DNA from: a virus
Reading direction: 5' to 3' (one strand)
Length of the DNA stretch: 64,000 nt
IMG/VR virus record: IMGVR_UViG_3300045988_066443
Shown here piece after piece: positions 21,090 to 30,980 of this stretch. Numbering within the stretch: the stretch's first letter is position 1; each line of letters opens with the position of its first letter. The position numbers and the translations under genes are program-made. Below the pieces are notes generated by a model, which was not told where the DNA came from, made no database searches, and saw only the letters and a program-made list of their open reading frames with translations.

Positions 21090-21785
21090 TTAGAGTAAGT
21101 CAGTGATGTCCAAATCATCTGCTGGAGCTTGGTCTACTCCTGCTACATCTGCAATTGGATCTTCTGACTTCATTTCAGTAGGCTTAGCCTTCAGATATTT
21201 CTGACGTTCTCCTTCCTCATAGTCAGAGAAGAACAGCTTATCGCCAATATAGTTATCAGAAATGAACGACTCACCCTGTTTGTTAATACCAACAATACGC
21301 GGTATATCAGCAACTACCTTACCGTCACGGTTTCTACCAATCAACTTCAACTTAGTCTCTGTTTCCTTCACCTTCTCAGTGATTGTAATCAAAGCCTTAG
21401 CTACATCGTCGAAGCTCTTAAACTTAGAGCTAGCTGCTTGCATCTTTTCGAATCCTGCAGGGTTAAGAACCTGCGCAGTCTGTTTAACTACAGCCATCAA
21501 AGTTTCGAAGTTGGAGGGCATCACTACCTTTCCACCATTCTTACTATCAAATTCTCGTCTCTCATCATCACCAGCTTTCGGGAAGAATCGAGTTACTGAG
21601 AAGTAACCACCTTCGTTCTCAAAATTGATAGACAAAACTTTATAGTGGGCTGTTGGGTCCTTCTTCCCATCAAATTCCTTGATTTCGCAACCCATGAATT
21701 TTACATCATGGATATTCCAAGGGGTTAAAGGACGACGTGTGTTTCTTACTGCTGAGTCTGCTGATATACCAAAATTAAATGCCAT
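21090..21785 (-). CDS. putative single-stranded DNA-binding protein
   Basis: 231 aa; acidic C-terminal tail ...DDLDITDLL typical of phage SSBs; sits among replication genes. Confidence 0.4.
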   Translation of the reverse strand: MAFNFGISADSAVRNTRRPLTPWNIHDVKFMGCEIKEFDGKKDPTAHYKVLSINFENEGGYFSVTRFFPKAGDDERREFDSKNGGKVVMPSNFETLMAVVKQTAQVLNPAGFEKMQAASSKFKSFDDVAKALITITEKVKETETKLKLIGRNRDGKVVADIPRIVGINKQGESFISDNYIGDKLFFSDYEEGERQKYLKAKPTEMKSEDPIADVAGVDQAPADDLDITDLL

Positions 21786-21787
21786 AA

Positions 21788-22363
21788 TTAATTCAAATTA
21801 AAATCAAATTTTTCTAAGTTTTTGTCATCTTCGTCTATGTTTAAATTATCTAATGCTTCTATATCGAGTTCTTTTTCGATATCAATTATCTCTTCCGGCA
21901 CAGGATTTGACTCCTGTACCTTGTCTCCTATCAGATAATAAATTCCTTTATCCTCTGTAGGTTCCAACTTAAAGACAGTACCGTAAGCAGAAAGCTTTTC
22001 GTTAGCAGCTCCTCTATAACTTACAGTATTACTTTTAGTCAGCTTGTTTCCAGCCTTAGTACCGAAAGCAGCATCGGTTCCAATAATAGGAACTGCCTTC
22101 TTATCCTTTTTCTTATACTTGATGTCTACACGACAATCTGCACAGACTTGTAACAAGTCTACTGCCCCTTGGGTCAAAATCAACTTGTTAGAATCAAGCG
22201 TAATAATAGGTTCAGGATTTTCATCTACCTTAGCAGATGAAGATTTACTACTTGCAGCTTTCTTAGTAGCTACGGTGTCAACATGGATTTCTTCTTTACC
22301 AATATAGGTGATTTCACCCGTTTGCTCATTCACATCATAGTGAAACAGTATGTCTAATTTCAT
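21788..22363 (-). CDS. hypothetical protein (191 aa)
   Basis: ORF. Confidence 0.35.
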   Translation of the reverse strand: MKLDILFHYDVNEQTGEITYIGKEEIHVDTVATKKAASSKSSSAKVDENPEPIITLDSNKLILTQGAVDLLQVCADCRVDIKYKKKDKKAVPIIGTDAAFGTKAGNKLTKSNTVSYRGAANEKLSAYGTVFKLEPTEDKGIYYLIGDKVQESNPVPEEIIDIEKELDIEALDNLNIDEDDKNLEKFDFNLN

Positions 22364-23058
22364 TATTCCCCTTCGTTATAAGCGTCAATAACTTTAATAA
22401 TCTCATCCAAATCATTATCAATTTCTAAGTCTTCAAACATTCCCAAAGAAGTCTTTGCTACACAGCTACCATCATTGTTAGTGATAAGCTTATACTCCAT
22501 TCTACCGGAGTCTCCTTCGTTTACTTTAGTAAAGAAGATATATGTAAACAAACCTTCCAAGGTTACTTTTTCAGACAGCAACTTACCAACAGTCTTGATA
22601 ACATACTTAGGATTAACGTTGTCTCCAACATTTTCTGAGTGAGTCAAGAAGATCATTTTGCAATCCTCTCTCATCTTTTCTGAATATCTCAGAATTTCCA
22701 TAGCGTGTTGAGCTAATTCACTAAACTTAGTATAACCAATTTCAGTTGCTCTATCAACGAACTCATAAGAGAGAACATATTGGAAGTCATCAATGATTAC
22801 CTGCTTAATGTGCGGCATCATCTTATCAATAATTTGAAGAATTTTCAGTATTTGGTCCCACTTTGAACTTACATAGTAGTTACCACTCACGTTCTTTCCT
22901 TCGATTTTGATGGGAATATACTTCTTCTTCCATGCACGGAAGGGAAGGGGTTTACCCGTAGTACTTATAATAAAAGTAGTTTCGGGATTAAGATTTCTTA
23001 AACTTGTACTTTTTCCAGTACCTGATTCACCTACGATAGCAATTGTTTCAGCAGCCAT
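22363..23058 (-). CDS. P-loop ATPase, RecA-like/Sak4-like
   Basis: Walker A IAIVGESGTGKST; Walker B VIIDDF. Confidence 0.55.
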   Translation of the reverse strand: MAAETIAIVGESGTGKSTSLRNLNPETTFIISTTGKPLPFRAWKKKYIPIKIEGKNVSGNYYVSSKWDQILKILQIIDKMMPHIKQVIIDDFQYVLSYEFVDRATEIGYTKFSELAQHAMEILRYSEKMREDCKMIFLTHSENVGDNVNPKYVIKTVGKLLSEKVTLEGLFTYIFFTKVNEGDSGRMEYKLITNNDGSCVAKTSLGMFEDLEIDNDLDEIIKVIDAYNEGE

Positions 23059-24152
23059 TATTCTAATGCAAAATTAAAATTCGAATTTGAATTATCTAAT
23101 TCTGTAATATCATCTAGCTCCTGTTCTACAATAGAACTATTATCTTCTAATATATAGTTTGGACTTGTATACCTCTCATAATCATAAATTTCATCGGGCT
23201 TCGGCAGCTCGTAGAACATATTAATCCATCCAAAGAAGTTTACTCCAACCTCAACATCGCAATCCCCATATCGGTTCTTAAGTACCATAATACTCCTATA
23301 ATAAGAGCCTAGATACTCAATATTGTAATGTTTATAAGTCTTCAATCCATCTCTGTGAGGATTATACAATGCAATCATGATATTACAATCTTGCACAGTA
23401 TTACCTGAATCCTTAGCATCGTGAATAGTAAACGCACTTTTGCCTTGTTTAAACCTCTCAATATTTCCTTGCTCTCTATTAGCTTGCTGTATTACTACAG
23501 GACTAATAAAACACTTATCTCTAAGAAAAAGAAGATAGCTAGACAACAAATCAATATCAGGCTTTGTACCAACAAGACCAATATGGTCTACGACTACATT
23601 ATAAATAAGATTAGGATTATTTGGAGTATAGACGAGGCGGGTTTCACTTTCAGAAAAGGTTCCCATTTCCTCCAACCTAGTTTTCAAGATGGCATATACC
23701 TTCTTCGGAGTTACCTTCTTGTCATAGATTTCTAACTTCTTACTAATCTTATCTATCCAAGGCATACATTGCTTAACTAAGTCATAATGCTCATCAGATA
23801 AAATATATTCTTTTTCTCTTGACAATATCTTCTTAAAAGATAGTTGGATTCCATAGGTCTCAAATATATATATGGATAACAGCTTAATATACAAAGCTAC
23901 TTCTCCCATTTCAAGACTGAAATACAATACCTTAAAATCATCATCATCAAGATGTTCCATTAGTGGTCGATATACATAAGCATATAAGGCAAACGAAGTC
24001 TTACCTGCACCAGAGTTTGATAGAATTAAAGTATAGGTTTCCCTAGTAACTCCATCAATAATACTCTCTAGCTTAGGAAGTTTCATAGAAATACCATGAT
24101 TTAGTCCCTGTCTACCTCTATCAATTTCATTGAGAAGTTTATCAGAAATCAT
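23058..24152 (-). CDS. DnaB-like replicative DNA helicase
   Basis: 364 aa; Walker A LILSNSGAGKTSFALY; RecA-fold C-terminal region. Confidence 0.65.
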   Translation of the reverse strand: MISDKLLNEIDRGRQGLNHGISMKLPKLESIIDGVTRETYTLILSNSGAGKTSFALYAYVYRPLMEHLDDDDFKVLYFSLEMGEVALYIKLLSIYIFETYGIQLSFKKILSREKEYILSDEHYDLVKQCMPWIDKISKKLEIYDKKVTPKKVYAILKTRLEEMGTFSESETRLVYTPNNPNLIYNVVVDHIGLVGTKPDIDLLSSYLLFLRDKCFISPVVIQQANREQGNIERFKQGKSAFTIHDAKDSGNTVQDCNIMIALYNPHRDGLKTYKHYNIEYLGSYYRSIMVLKNRYGDCDVEVGVNFFGWINMFYELPKPDEIYDYERYTSPNYILEDNSSIVEQELDDITELDNSNSNFNFALE

Positions 24153-24754
24153 AATAATCTCATAGAATCATAATTAACTCCGCCTTCATTCTTTAATGCC
24201 TCTAGTTCTTCCCACTTATGGTCTATTACAAAATTAGCTATTGTGGTACACAATATATTGTGTTCATTAGCCCACTTAACTAACTCTATAATATGGTTAT
24301 GAGTTTCTGGCTTCCATCTGATAGTTTTACCATAAAACCTATAGAAGTCTTCAATTGTATCAAATTTCTTAGATACGCTTTTCAGACCCACTTGTGTATT
24401 ATTAACTATTCCAAATAATGGATAAGTATCCCACAATTCCTTACCTAAGTCGAATGAACACTTATAAAAGTCTTTCACAACTAACTTATTTAGAGGAACA
24501 TCTAGTGGGTTAAATACAGACCCTTTCTCAGGAATCTTATAGGATTTATGAATAACTCCAGCATCGCGAAGTCCAGTTAATAGTTCTATTGTAAAACCAC
24601 GAGCGCATACTCTAGAAGAGAAATACTCGTGGACAATTTCGGGTTCATCACCCTCTTGGGCGATAAGAAGAATTTCTAACAACAACAGCTCACTTGGGTT
24701 TATGCTATATTTTTCACAAAACAAAAGTTGCTGTTTCAGTTCAAGATTTTTCAC
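24149..24754 (-). CDS. hypothetical protein (201 aa)
   Basis: ORF. Confidence 0.35.
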   Translation of the reverse strand: MKNLELKQQLLFCEKYSINPSELLLLEILLIAQEGDEPEIVHEYFSSRVCARGFTIELLTGLRDAGVIHKSYKIPEKGSVFNPLDVPLNKLVVKDFYKCSFDLGKELWDTYPLFGIVNNTQVGLKSVSKKFDTIEDFYRFYGKTIRWKPETHNHIIELVKWANEHNILCTTIANFVIDHKWEELEALKNEGGVNYDSMRLL

Positions 24755-24841
24755 GTGTACAAATTAATAGATTTTCTACTAATCTATACACCAAGTCTAG
24801 TTTACTTGTTAAAGCGTTAAAACTTGGTTACGTGATAAACT

Positions 24842-25060
24842 TTAGTCCTCAACTTTTTCGCTGGCAGTTTCAAGAAGTACTGCATAGTCCTTCTTTAATT
24901 CCTTCAATTCAGCGGTAAGCTTACTAACTTTAGTTTCCAATGCTTTGCACTTCTTAGTCAAAGCAGACTTCATCTCATTAAACTCTTTTTTAGTGTAATA
25001 AGTTTCCATAATTAAAAACGATAGGTAAAATTCTGCAATTTTTTCTTGTAAGGTTCCCAA
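24842..25060 (-). CDS. hypothetical coiled-coil protein (72 aa)
   Basis: ORF. Confidence 0.3.
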   Translation of the reverse strand: MGTLQEKIAEFYLSFLIMETYYTKKEFNEMKSALTKKCKALETKVSKLTAELKELKKDYAVLLETASEKVED

Positions 25061-26289
25061 GGCTCTCCATTAAGTAACTTTCGCAAGTTATCTACATCAA
25101 TAGTAACATACTCGCTCTTTTGATGAGACTTCTTAAACCATTCTTGTTCAACGGTATCTTCTAGCACTAATGTGAATATTTCAGAGTATTTAGAACCTTC
25201 TTTTCTAATGACCCTACCAGCGGCTTGAGTGCTTTTTGTGCTACTAGAGTCAACTCCAAGCATTATCCCGACCGATAGACCGGGACAATCAAAACCTTCA
25301 ATAGCCAATTTACAGCTATTAATCACGCCCTTGTCTAGTAGGGCGAACTCCTCAAGTGTAATTCTGTTTTGTTTTTTACTTTCTTTGCCAGTGTAAACAT
25401 ATCCTACTCCTATCTTCTCTGCCATTGCAGTGTTAGCAGAGAATGTAATAATTTTCTTGTCTGCTCTATGAGCAATAATCTCCCTAGCCACTTCTAATTT
25501 AGCCGGATGATTATGGATAAACTTTTTTCTAGCTTGTAAAGCTCTCATAAAAGCCGTAGAATGAAAGGTAATCTGCTTCAAAGCATTAGACAGCTCAGCT
25601 TTATCCGAACTACTACAAATCTGGTTTCTGTAATTAAGCCTATTTCTGAGGCCGTCTTTACCAACCATACTCATTGCGAGTCCAAAATCAAAGTTAAAGA
25701 ATTCAAAATGTCTTATAAATTCCCTATTTTGCTCTCGATAGCTTTCGATGTCTTCTGCTGTGATAATTACTTGATATTCAGTAAAATCAGATACCCAACC
25801 ATTGGCTTTGGCTACTTCAATAGTTACACTATCAACTACAGGGCAATATTTCTCGACTATAGTATGTCTACCGTCAAGTCTTTCCAGAGTAGCAGTTAGT
25901 CCAAGAATTAACTTGTATTTAACCTTACTAAATACAAATTGTAAAGTCTCAGCAGCAGTTCTATGGATTTCATCAATGATTAAAAAGTCACATTCGTATC
26001 CATTCTTTGCTGTAGTATTTACAACTTGCACCTCTGTATTTAACCCTAGACCTTCCTTATCTAATATATCTATCCACTGATTCTTTAAAAGTTCCGTGGG
26101 GACTACTACCAATGCTCTAATAGTAGGATATTTAGATAGAACAGCCTTTAAACAATTAATAGCACATCGTGTTTTACCAAAGCCTGTACAGGCTTCTATG
26201 GTGCCTCTTCCTTTATGTAATAACCAGGCTCTCTTACATTGCTCCTGTCGCTCATCACGAGTAACAGGAGTAAAGAGGTCTTTCATCAA
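25012..26289 (-). CDS. superfamily-2 DEAD/DEAH-box helicase
   Basis: Walker A ACTGFGKT; DEAH box LIIDEIHR; helicase C-terminal domain. Confidence 0.7.
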   Translation of the reverse strand: MMKDLFTPVTRDERQEQCKRAWLLHKGRGTIEACTGFGKTRCAINCLKAVLSKYPTIRALVVVPTELLKNQWIDILDKEGLGLNTEVQVVNTTAKNGYECDFLIIDEIHRTAAETLQFVFSKVKYKLILGLTATLERLDGRHTIVEKYCPVVDSVTIEVAKANGWVSDFTEYQVIITAEDIESYREQNREFIRHFEFFNFDFGLAMSMVGKDGLRNRLNYRNQICSSSDKAELSNALKQITFHSTAFMRALQARKKFIHNHPAKLEVAREIIAHRADKKIITFSANTAMAEKIGVGYVYTGKESKKQNRITLEEFALLDKGVINSCKLAIEGFDCPGLSVGIMLGVDSSSTKSTQAAGRVIRKEGSKYSEIFTLVLEDTVEQEWFKKSHQKSEYVTIDVDNLRKLLNGEPWEPYKKKLQNFTYRF

Positions 26290-27149
26290 TCTATATTCCT
26301 AGTGATGTCCCATCCTTTAAGTTCTGCAACTTTCTTGATTTCTTCCATCTTATCCTTCCATTGTTTAGCCTGGTTCTCGCATTGATTTTGGAAGCGATAA
26401 AGAACTTTGTTTGATAGCAGTCTGAGCTGATCACTAGTTAAGTTAGCATATTTATCTCGTTTCAATCTACACATAGATCTAAACTCAGCATAACTTAATC
26501 CAGTATCACAGATTTTCAGAGCTATAGAAGGATTCAAACGAAGTTCCTTACTTACTACTAACAGTCTGTTAACAGCTTTACCTGTCACTGGGTCTTTACG
26601 ATACAAGTCTTTCTGCATTTCTTGCTGTGTAAACCACAGTCCCATTTTTACAATGAAGTTAAGCTTCAAATGAGAGTTGTCAAACAATCCCAAGGAATCT
26701 AAACAAGCATCCATAACTAAACTTACTGGTACTTCTCTAAACTCTACAGGGATTCCATTAAGAATTTCTCCAATTGGATAGACCTTAATAGCCTCATTAG
26801 TTAACACTTCCTTATTGTTTTTGATAACAGCTTTCAAGTCTTCCAAACAACGTGTGTTTGTGTATTGCTTTTCAGCTCTAAGCCATCTAATAAGAAGCTC
26901 TGCACGACATCTTTGTATTTGGTCGGACACAATTCCGAGTAATGTTACACGACCCGGATTCTTGGTATCAGAGTTGTACAACATTTGTTCACAATGATTG
27001 TAGAATCGTCTCAGCTGGTCATAACCTGCGTCTACCAATTTAATTTCCTCCTGGACCCCATTTACCTTAGGTCCTTTCCATACATAGCTATTAACGTCGT
27101 TTGCTTTATCGCTCAAAGCCTCTCTCAGCTTATCTCCTAATACAGTCAT
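26286..27149 (-). CDS. hypothetical protein (287 aa)
   Basis: ORF. Confidence 0.4.
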   Translation of the reverse strand: MTVLGDKLREALSDKANDVNSYVWKGPKVNGVQEEIKLVDAGYDQLRRFYNHCEQMLYNSDTKNPGRVTLLGIVSDQIQRCRAELLIRWLRAEKQYTNTRCLEDLKAVIKNNKEVLTNEAIKVYPIGEILNGIPVEFREVPVSLVMDACLDSLGLFDNSHLKLNFIVKMGLWFTQQEMQKDLYRKDPVTGKAVNRLLVVSKELRLNPSIALKICDTGLSYAEFRSMCRLKRDKYANLTSDQLRLLSNKVLYRFQNQCENQAKQWKDKMEEIKKVAELKGWDITRNID

Positions 27150-27193
27150 AAATTATTCTTTAAAAATACTTCATAGTTTATCTCCTTTTAATG

Positions 27194-27517
27194 TTAATCT
27201 AATAATATTTGTCCATCTTCAATGATAGGCTTTTCATGAATAAATTTCAAGAAAATTATATTACTATCCTTGTATGGAACAAAATCTTTACCATCGTACC
27301 ATTTATCGATGCCTTCTTCTACGTATCTTAGTGAAACATAGCCGACATCTCCTAATTTCATAGAACACTGGTTCCAATTCGGGAATCGAACACACATTAT
27401 ATCCTTGTAATCTAGATTATCATATTCTAGCCTTTCAAAGACATAATTAGCGTATCCCATCCCGTCCTCACATTCAGCAACAAATTTGACATGGTAAGTT
27501 ACTTCTTTGGTTTCCAC
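27194..27517 (-). CDS. hypothetical protein (107 aa)
   Basis: ORF. Confidence 0.35.
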   Translation of the reverse strand: METKEVTYHVKFVAECEDGMGYANYVFERLEYDNLDYKDIMCVRFPNWNQCSMKLGDVGYVSLRYVEEGIDKWYDGKDFVPYKDSNIIFLKFIHEKPIIEDGQILLD

Positions 27518-27671
27518 ACTTCAAATGTATTAATATCCTCGAACTTCCTACAACCATAAGAAGCGAAGTCTCCTTGCAGCTTATCCATGTTAGGCAAGCA
27601 AGGGTAATTCTTACACCTAGTGCAGCTACGTTCAGGATGTTTGTAGTGAAAACCATCTTTGTCCTTAAACA

Positions 27672-28046
27672 TTACTTCAGTAATAGGCATAATAATATTA
27701 ATACACATGAACCAGCAGCGCCATATTTAATGACATTCTGCTTCTTTTTTAAAGACTTATTAAGACCTTCAATAGATCTATTTTTATCTTCAATTATGTT
27801 TCCATAATACAGTAACTGAACTCTACGAAGAGAATCCGTTTTTTCCCAACTCTTATTTATTAGTTCTAGATTAGTTATTCGCTTATTCAATAACGGAACA
27901 GTTTCAGACAACTTCTGATGCTCGGCAAATATCAGATTAGTTGTTTTTAGTTGCTCGCTGGTTATTGTAACGGTCGATGTATTCTGAGAAAAAGCACAAA
28001 TTGATGCTATCAGAACTAGACATAATAGTAGATACTTTCTCATCAT
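27672..28046 (-). CDS. secreted/membrane-anchored hypothetical protein (124 aa)
   Basis: N-terminal signal-like MMRKYLLLCLVLIASICAFSQ; C-terminal hydrophobic segment. Confidence 0.35.
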   Translation of the reverse strand: MMRKYLLLCLVLIASICAFSQNTSTVTITSEQLKTTNLIFAEHQKLSETVPLLNKRITNLELINKSWEKTDSLRRVQLLYYGNIIEDKNRSIEGLNKSLKKKQNVIKYGAAGSCVLILLCLLLK

Positions 28047-28242
28047 ACTCTTTGTCTATATACTTAATTTTCTCCACGATGGAATCGTTAACTATATAGA
28101 TGCTATCTCTAATTATAGAATCCCTTACTATTTCCTGCACATTAGGTGGAGAAACTGCGGTTTCCTTCTTAGGTATTAGCAAATAAATAATTAACAATCC
28201 CATCAAGGCTATTAAGATATAGCAAAACTTAGTCCTGTTCAT
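27937..28242 (-). CDS. small membrane protein (101 aa)
   Basis: TM helix CYILIALMGLLIIYLLI; overlaps upstream ORF in a different frame. Confidence 0.3.
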   Translation of the reverse strand: MNRTKFCYILIALMGLLIIYLLIPKKETAVSPPNVQEIVRDSIIRDSIYIVNDSIVEKIKYIDKEYDEKVSTIMSSSDSINLCFFSEYIDRYNNQRATKNN

Positions 28243-28813
28243 TCAGCTCAACGCCTATTGCCTTGGCTTTAGTTACCAGTTCAGCGCATTTAACTACATC
28301 TATACCTTCTTTAGCTAGATTCAAAGCTTGCTTCTCTTTATCAGAGAGATTTTTGATTTCATTTTTGAGGGCTTCTTTTCTTTCAAACCGAGCTTTCATT
28401 TGGTTATATCCCTTAATGATACGCTCTGGATTTTCTTTCAAGAAAGTAAGCTCCTGTTCCAAGAATGCTTTTACCAGCACTTTACCTGCTACACCTCTAG
28501 ATGTAGTATAAATAGCTGGACACTTTGGATCATGAAGAGCCTTATCGTAAGCCTTCTTCTGTCCCTTAGCCAAATCGAAGGTATCACTAGGATTACATAC
28601 TGCAATACCAACGGTTACTACTCTACAGATTCTAGCATAGTCCGGATCATTTGTGCATATGTATTCATCGGGAGCCACCCAACCTACTGCTAAGACACAA
28701 TCATCCTCACTTACTTCAGCAGCCTGACTTAAAGCACAAGCTACAATTTTACGTTCTTCACCCTTAAAGTCTACAAATGAGTCTACCATGTACTCAATCA
28801 CATCCTGTTTCAT
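28229..28813 (-). CDS. hypothetical protein (194 aa)
   Basis: ORF. Confidence 0.4.
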   Translation of the reverse strand: MKQDVIEYMVDSFVDFKGEERKIVACALSQAAEVSEDDCVLAVGWVAPDEYICTNDPDYARICRVVTVGIAVCNPSDTFDLAKGQKKAYDKALHDPKCPAIYTTSRGVAGKVLVKAFLEQELTFLKENPERIIKGYNQMKARFERKEALKNEIKNLSDKEKQALNLAKEGIDVVKCAELVTKAKAIGVELNEQD

Positions 28814-29078
28814 TTTCTACAATTTTAAAACCGTTATTAATTAAATATTCTTCGGGAGCAAATTGTAATTCAAAGAATCTATGCAGAGAGTATTTCTTCC
28901 TCTTACAACATAGTTGACTCTTTTTCAATACAATAGGTTTATTAGAAGAGTAGTATTTTTCTTCCATTAGAGCAGCTCCCCAGCTCCATATTTGATATAC
29001 TGAACTACAGTAGATAAACTTATCATGCGTATGCACAATCTGTTTATCCTTCTCGTAAGTCCTCCGTGAGGTCGTCAT
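28794..29078 (-). CDS. hypothetical protein (94 aa)
   Basis: ORF. Confidence 0.3.
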   Translation of the reverse strand: MTTSRRTYEKDKQIVHTHDKFIYCSSVYQIWSWGAALMEEKYYSSNKPIVLKKSQLCCKRKKYSLHRFFELQFAPEEYLINNGFKIVENETGCD

Positions 29079-29517
29079 AAAACACCTTTATAGTCTTAAA
29101 AATGAATTGATTCTTTTGAGTATTATAACAGTCATTCCAGCTACATTTCTGATAGTGAGATAGTAGTTCGGAAGCTTTTACTCCAGTATACACATTTCTG
29201 CAAAAGCTATCGTCATCATCACAATCTGCTGCGTTTATGGTGTACTTTCCAATAGAAATCGCATAATGATAATGACTTCTCGCTACTTCGCTAAACTTTT
29301 CTTCTAGTTCATAATCCTCGTAAATAATGACTTTGAACTTGAATTTATCTCTACTTAGTAGCCTAGCTAGACAGTATGCTATATAGCAACACCCTCCACA
29401 ATTAACGTCATATTCCTCATCTAAGAATCTACAAAGCTTATTCAGCCTCTCCGCTAGAATCTCCTGAATCTCCTGAGACTTCGAGTTTAATTTCCTCCTT
29501 TGCCTTTTTAAACTCAT
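29044..29517 (-). CDS. hypothetical Cys-rich protein (157 aa)
   Basis: ORF. Confidence 0.35.
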   Translation of the reverse strand: MSLKRQRRKLNSKSQEIQEILAERLNKLCRFLDEEYDVNCGGCCYIAYCLARLLSRDKFKFKVIIYEDYELEEKFSEVARSHYHYAISIGKYTINAADCDDDDSFCRNVYTGVKASELLSHYQKCSWNDCYNTQKNQFIFKTIKVFYDDLTEDLREG

Positions 29518-29740
29518 CTAAGTACCTACCTAAAGTTATAACTTCATCTTTTCCGAACTTTTTTCTTACTGCATAATGGCGACATCGCTCTATAGCAGCT
29601 TCTAGGGGATAGCCATAGCCCTCCACTTTAAATTCTTTTCTCGGATTTTTCCCACCAATATCATACAACAATTCCAAGTCAAACCTCGGAGAAGATTCAC
29701 TAATGGGAGTAAGTCTGTAAAAAGGACCTTCAATTACCAT
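29438..29740 (-). CDS. hypothetical protein (100 aa)
   Basis: ORF. Confidence 0.35.
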   Translation of the reverse strand: MVIEGPFYRLTPISESSPRFDLELLYDIGGKNPRKEFKVEGYGYPLEAAIERCRHYAVRKKFGKDEVITLGRYLDEFKKAKEEIKLEVSGDSGDSSGEAE

Positions 29741-29749
29741 TTTATTTTG

Positions 29750-30559
29750 TTATTTACAAACGTCTATTACAGTTAAGTTCTCGTTGCTGGGACGATAATT
29801 AATATCCCTATGAGAATTAGATACAATAACCTGGTCAAAATTATTACACATATTAACCAGGCCTTTATCATTAACTGCATGACATACGATTATGATAAAC
29901 TTGCTATTTGGATATCTCTCTTTGAGAACCTTAAGCTCTCCTAGGAAAGTTCCTCCAGCATCACACAAGTCATCAATGAACACAAATGTAGAATAGTAGC
30001 AATTCTTAGACTCCTCTATTTCAAAGGACTCAATTCTTCCAGTCTCTAGATTTCTTTCCTTTTTGAAGACTAAATAACCATAGTGAGAATAGTTACTTCC
30101 ATATCTGTCCTTCGCCCCATGGTCTGGGAACACGATATTACTTTGGGCTGGAATCCAAGAGTGGTGTCCAAATTCCCAAGGTAAACATCTGTCACCAAGA
30201 AGATGAAAAGTTCTACTAGAATGTGCCTCAAGAACATATATGTTTCTATAGCCTAAGCTATTTAACATATTACATACTACTTTCAAGGAGAATGGACGAT
30301 TAAAACTCATTACTCTATCCATACGCATAGACATTAAATAAGTAATGTGTAAATCCCATTCTACTTCTTGTCTATCTAAAATATCTCCTACTTGCATTAA
30401 GAGGAATAAATCCTCAGTATTAGATATTCTACAAATGACATCAATAGATTCCTTTCTGTTTAATTCCTCAGTAAGGAAAAACTGAGGCTCTCCATCAGGA
30501 AATCTAGTAACATCGTACTTAATTTCACTGATTTCCTTGTTGATTAAGTTTAATTTCAT
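29750..30559 (-). CDS. prs: ribose-phosphate pyrophosphokinase (PRPP synthetase)-like
   Basis: 269 aa; PRPP-binding loop VFIDDLCDAGGTF. Confidence 0.55.
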   Translation of the reverse strand: MKLNLINKEISEIKYDVTRFPDGEPQFFLTEELNRKESIDVICRISNTEDLFLLMQVGDILDRQEVEWDLHITYLMSMRMDRVMSFNRPFSLKVVCNMLNSLGYRNIYVLEAHSSRTFHLLGDRCLPWEFGHHSWIPAQSNIVFPDHGAKDRYGSNYSHYGYLVFKKERNLETGRIESFEIEESKNCYYSTFVFIDDLCDAGGTFLGELKVLKERYPNSKFIIIVCHAVNDKGLVNMCNNFDQVIVSNSHRDINYRPSNENLTVIDVCK

Positions 30560-30980
30560 CTACTACATATTTTAAGATTTCATAACTTTCTTCCAGACCT
30601 GCCCTATCATCTAGGAGGATATTATAATAGGGTTTCTCAGAATTAGGAAATACAGGACTTTCATTTGTATATAGCTCAAAGTCTTCATCCAGACCTAATA
30701 ATTTAGCAGTTTTCATCTGTTTAATACATAGCTCTTGAAGATTTGTTTCACAGGTAAACAATATCAAATGAAATCCCAATTTATAACACTTATTAAGTAA
30801 ATTTATGACTTCACTATAATCTCCTCCATTATTATGGTAATCGAAAATAGTATTATCAAAATCGAAAGCGACTATTAGCTTTCCGTATTTATGATACTCT
30901 TCTAAGAGTCGTTTCTTGCAAGCTTCTTTCCCAAAAGGATGATTAAAGTCCACGGTCAATTCTTTGTCTAATTTCTTCAA
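30525..30980 (-). CDS. HAD-like hydrolase
   Basis: IVAFDFDNTIFDY (DxDxT motif). Confidence 0.45.
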   Translation of the reverse strand: MKKLDKELTVDFNHPFGKEACKKRLLEEYHKYGKLIVAFDFDNTIFDYHNNGGDYSEVINLLNKCYKLGFHLILFTCETNLQELCIKQMKTAKLLGLDEDFELYTNESPVFPNSEKPYYNILLDDRAGLEESYEILKYVVDEIKLNQQGNQ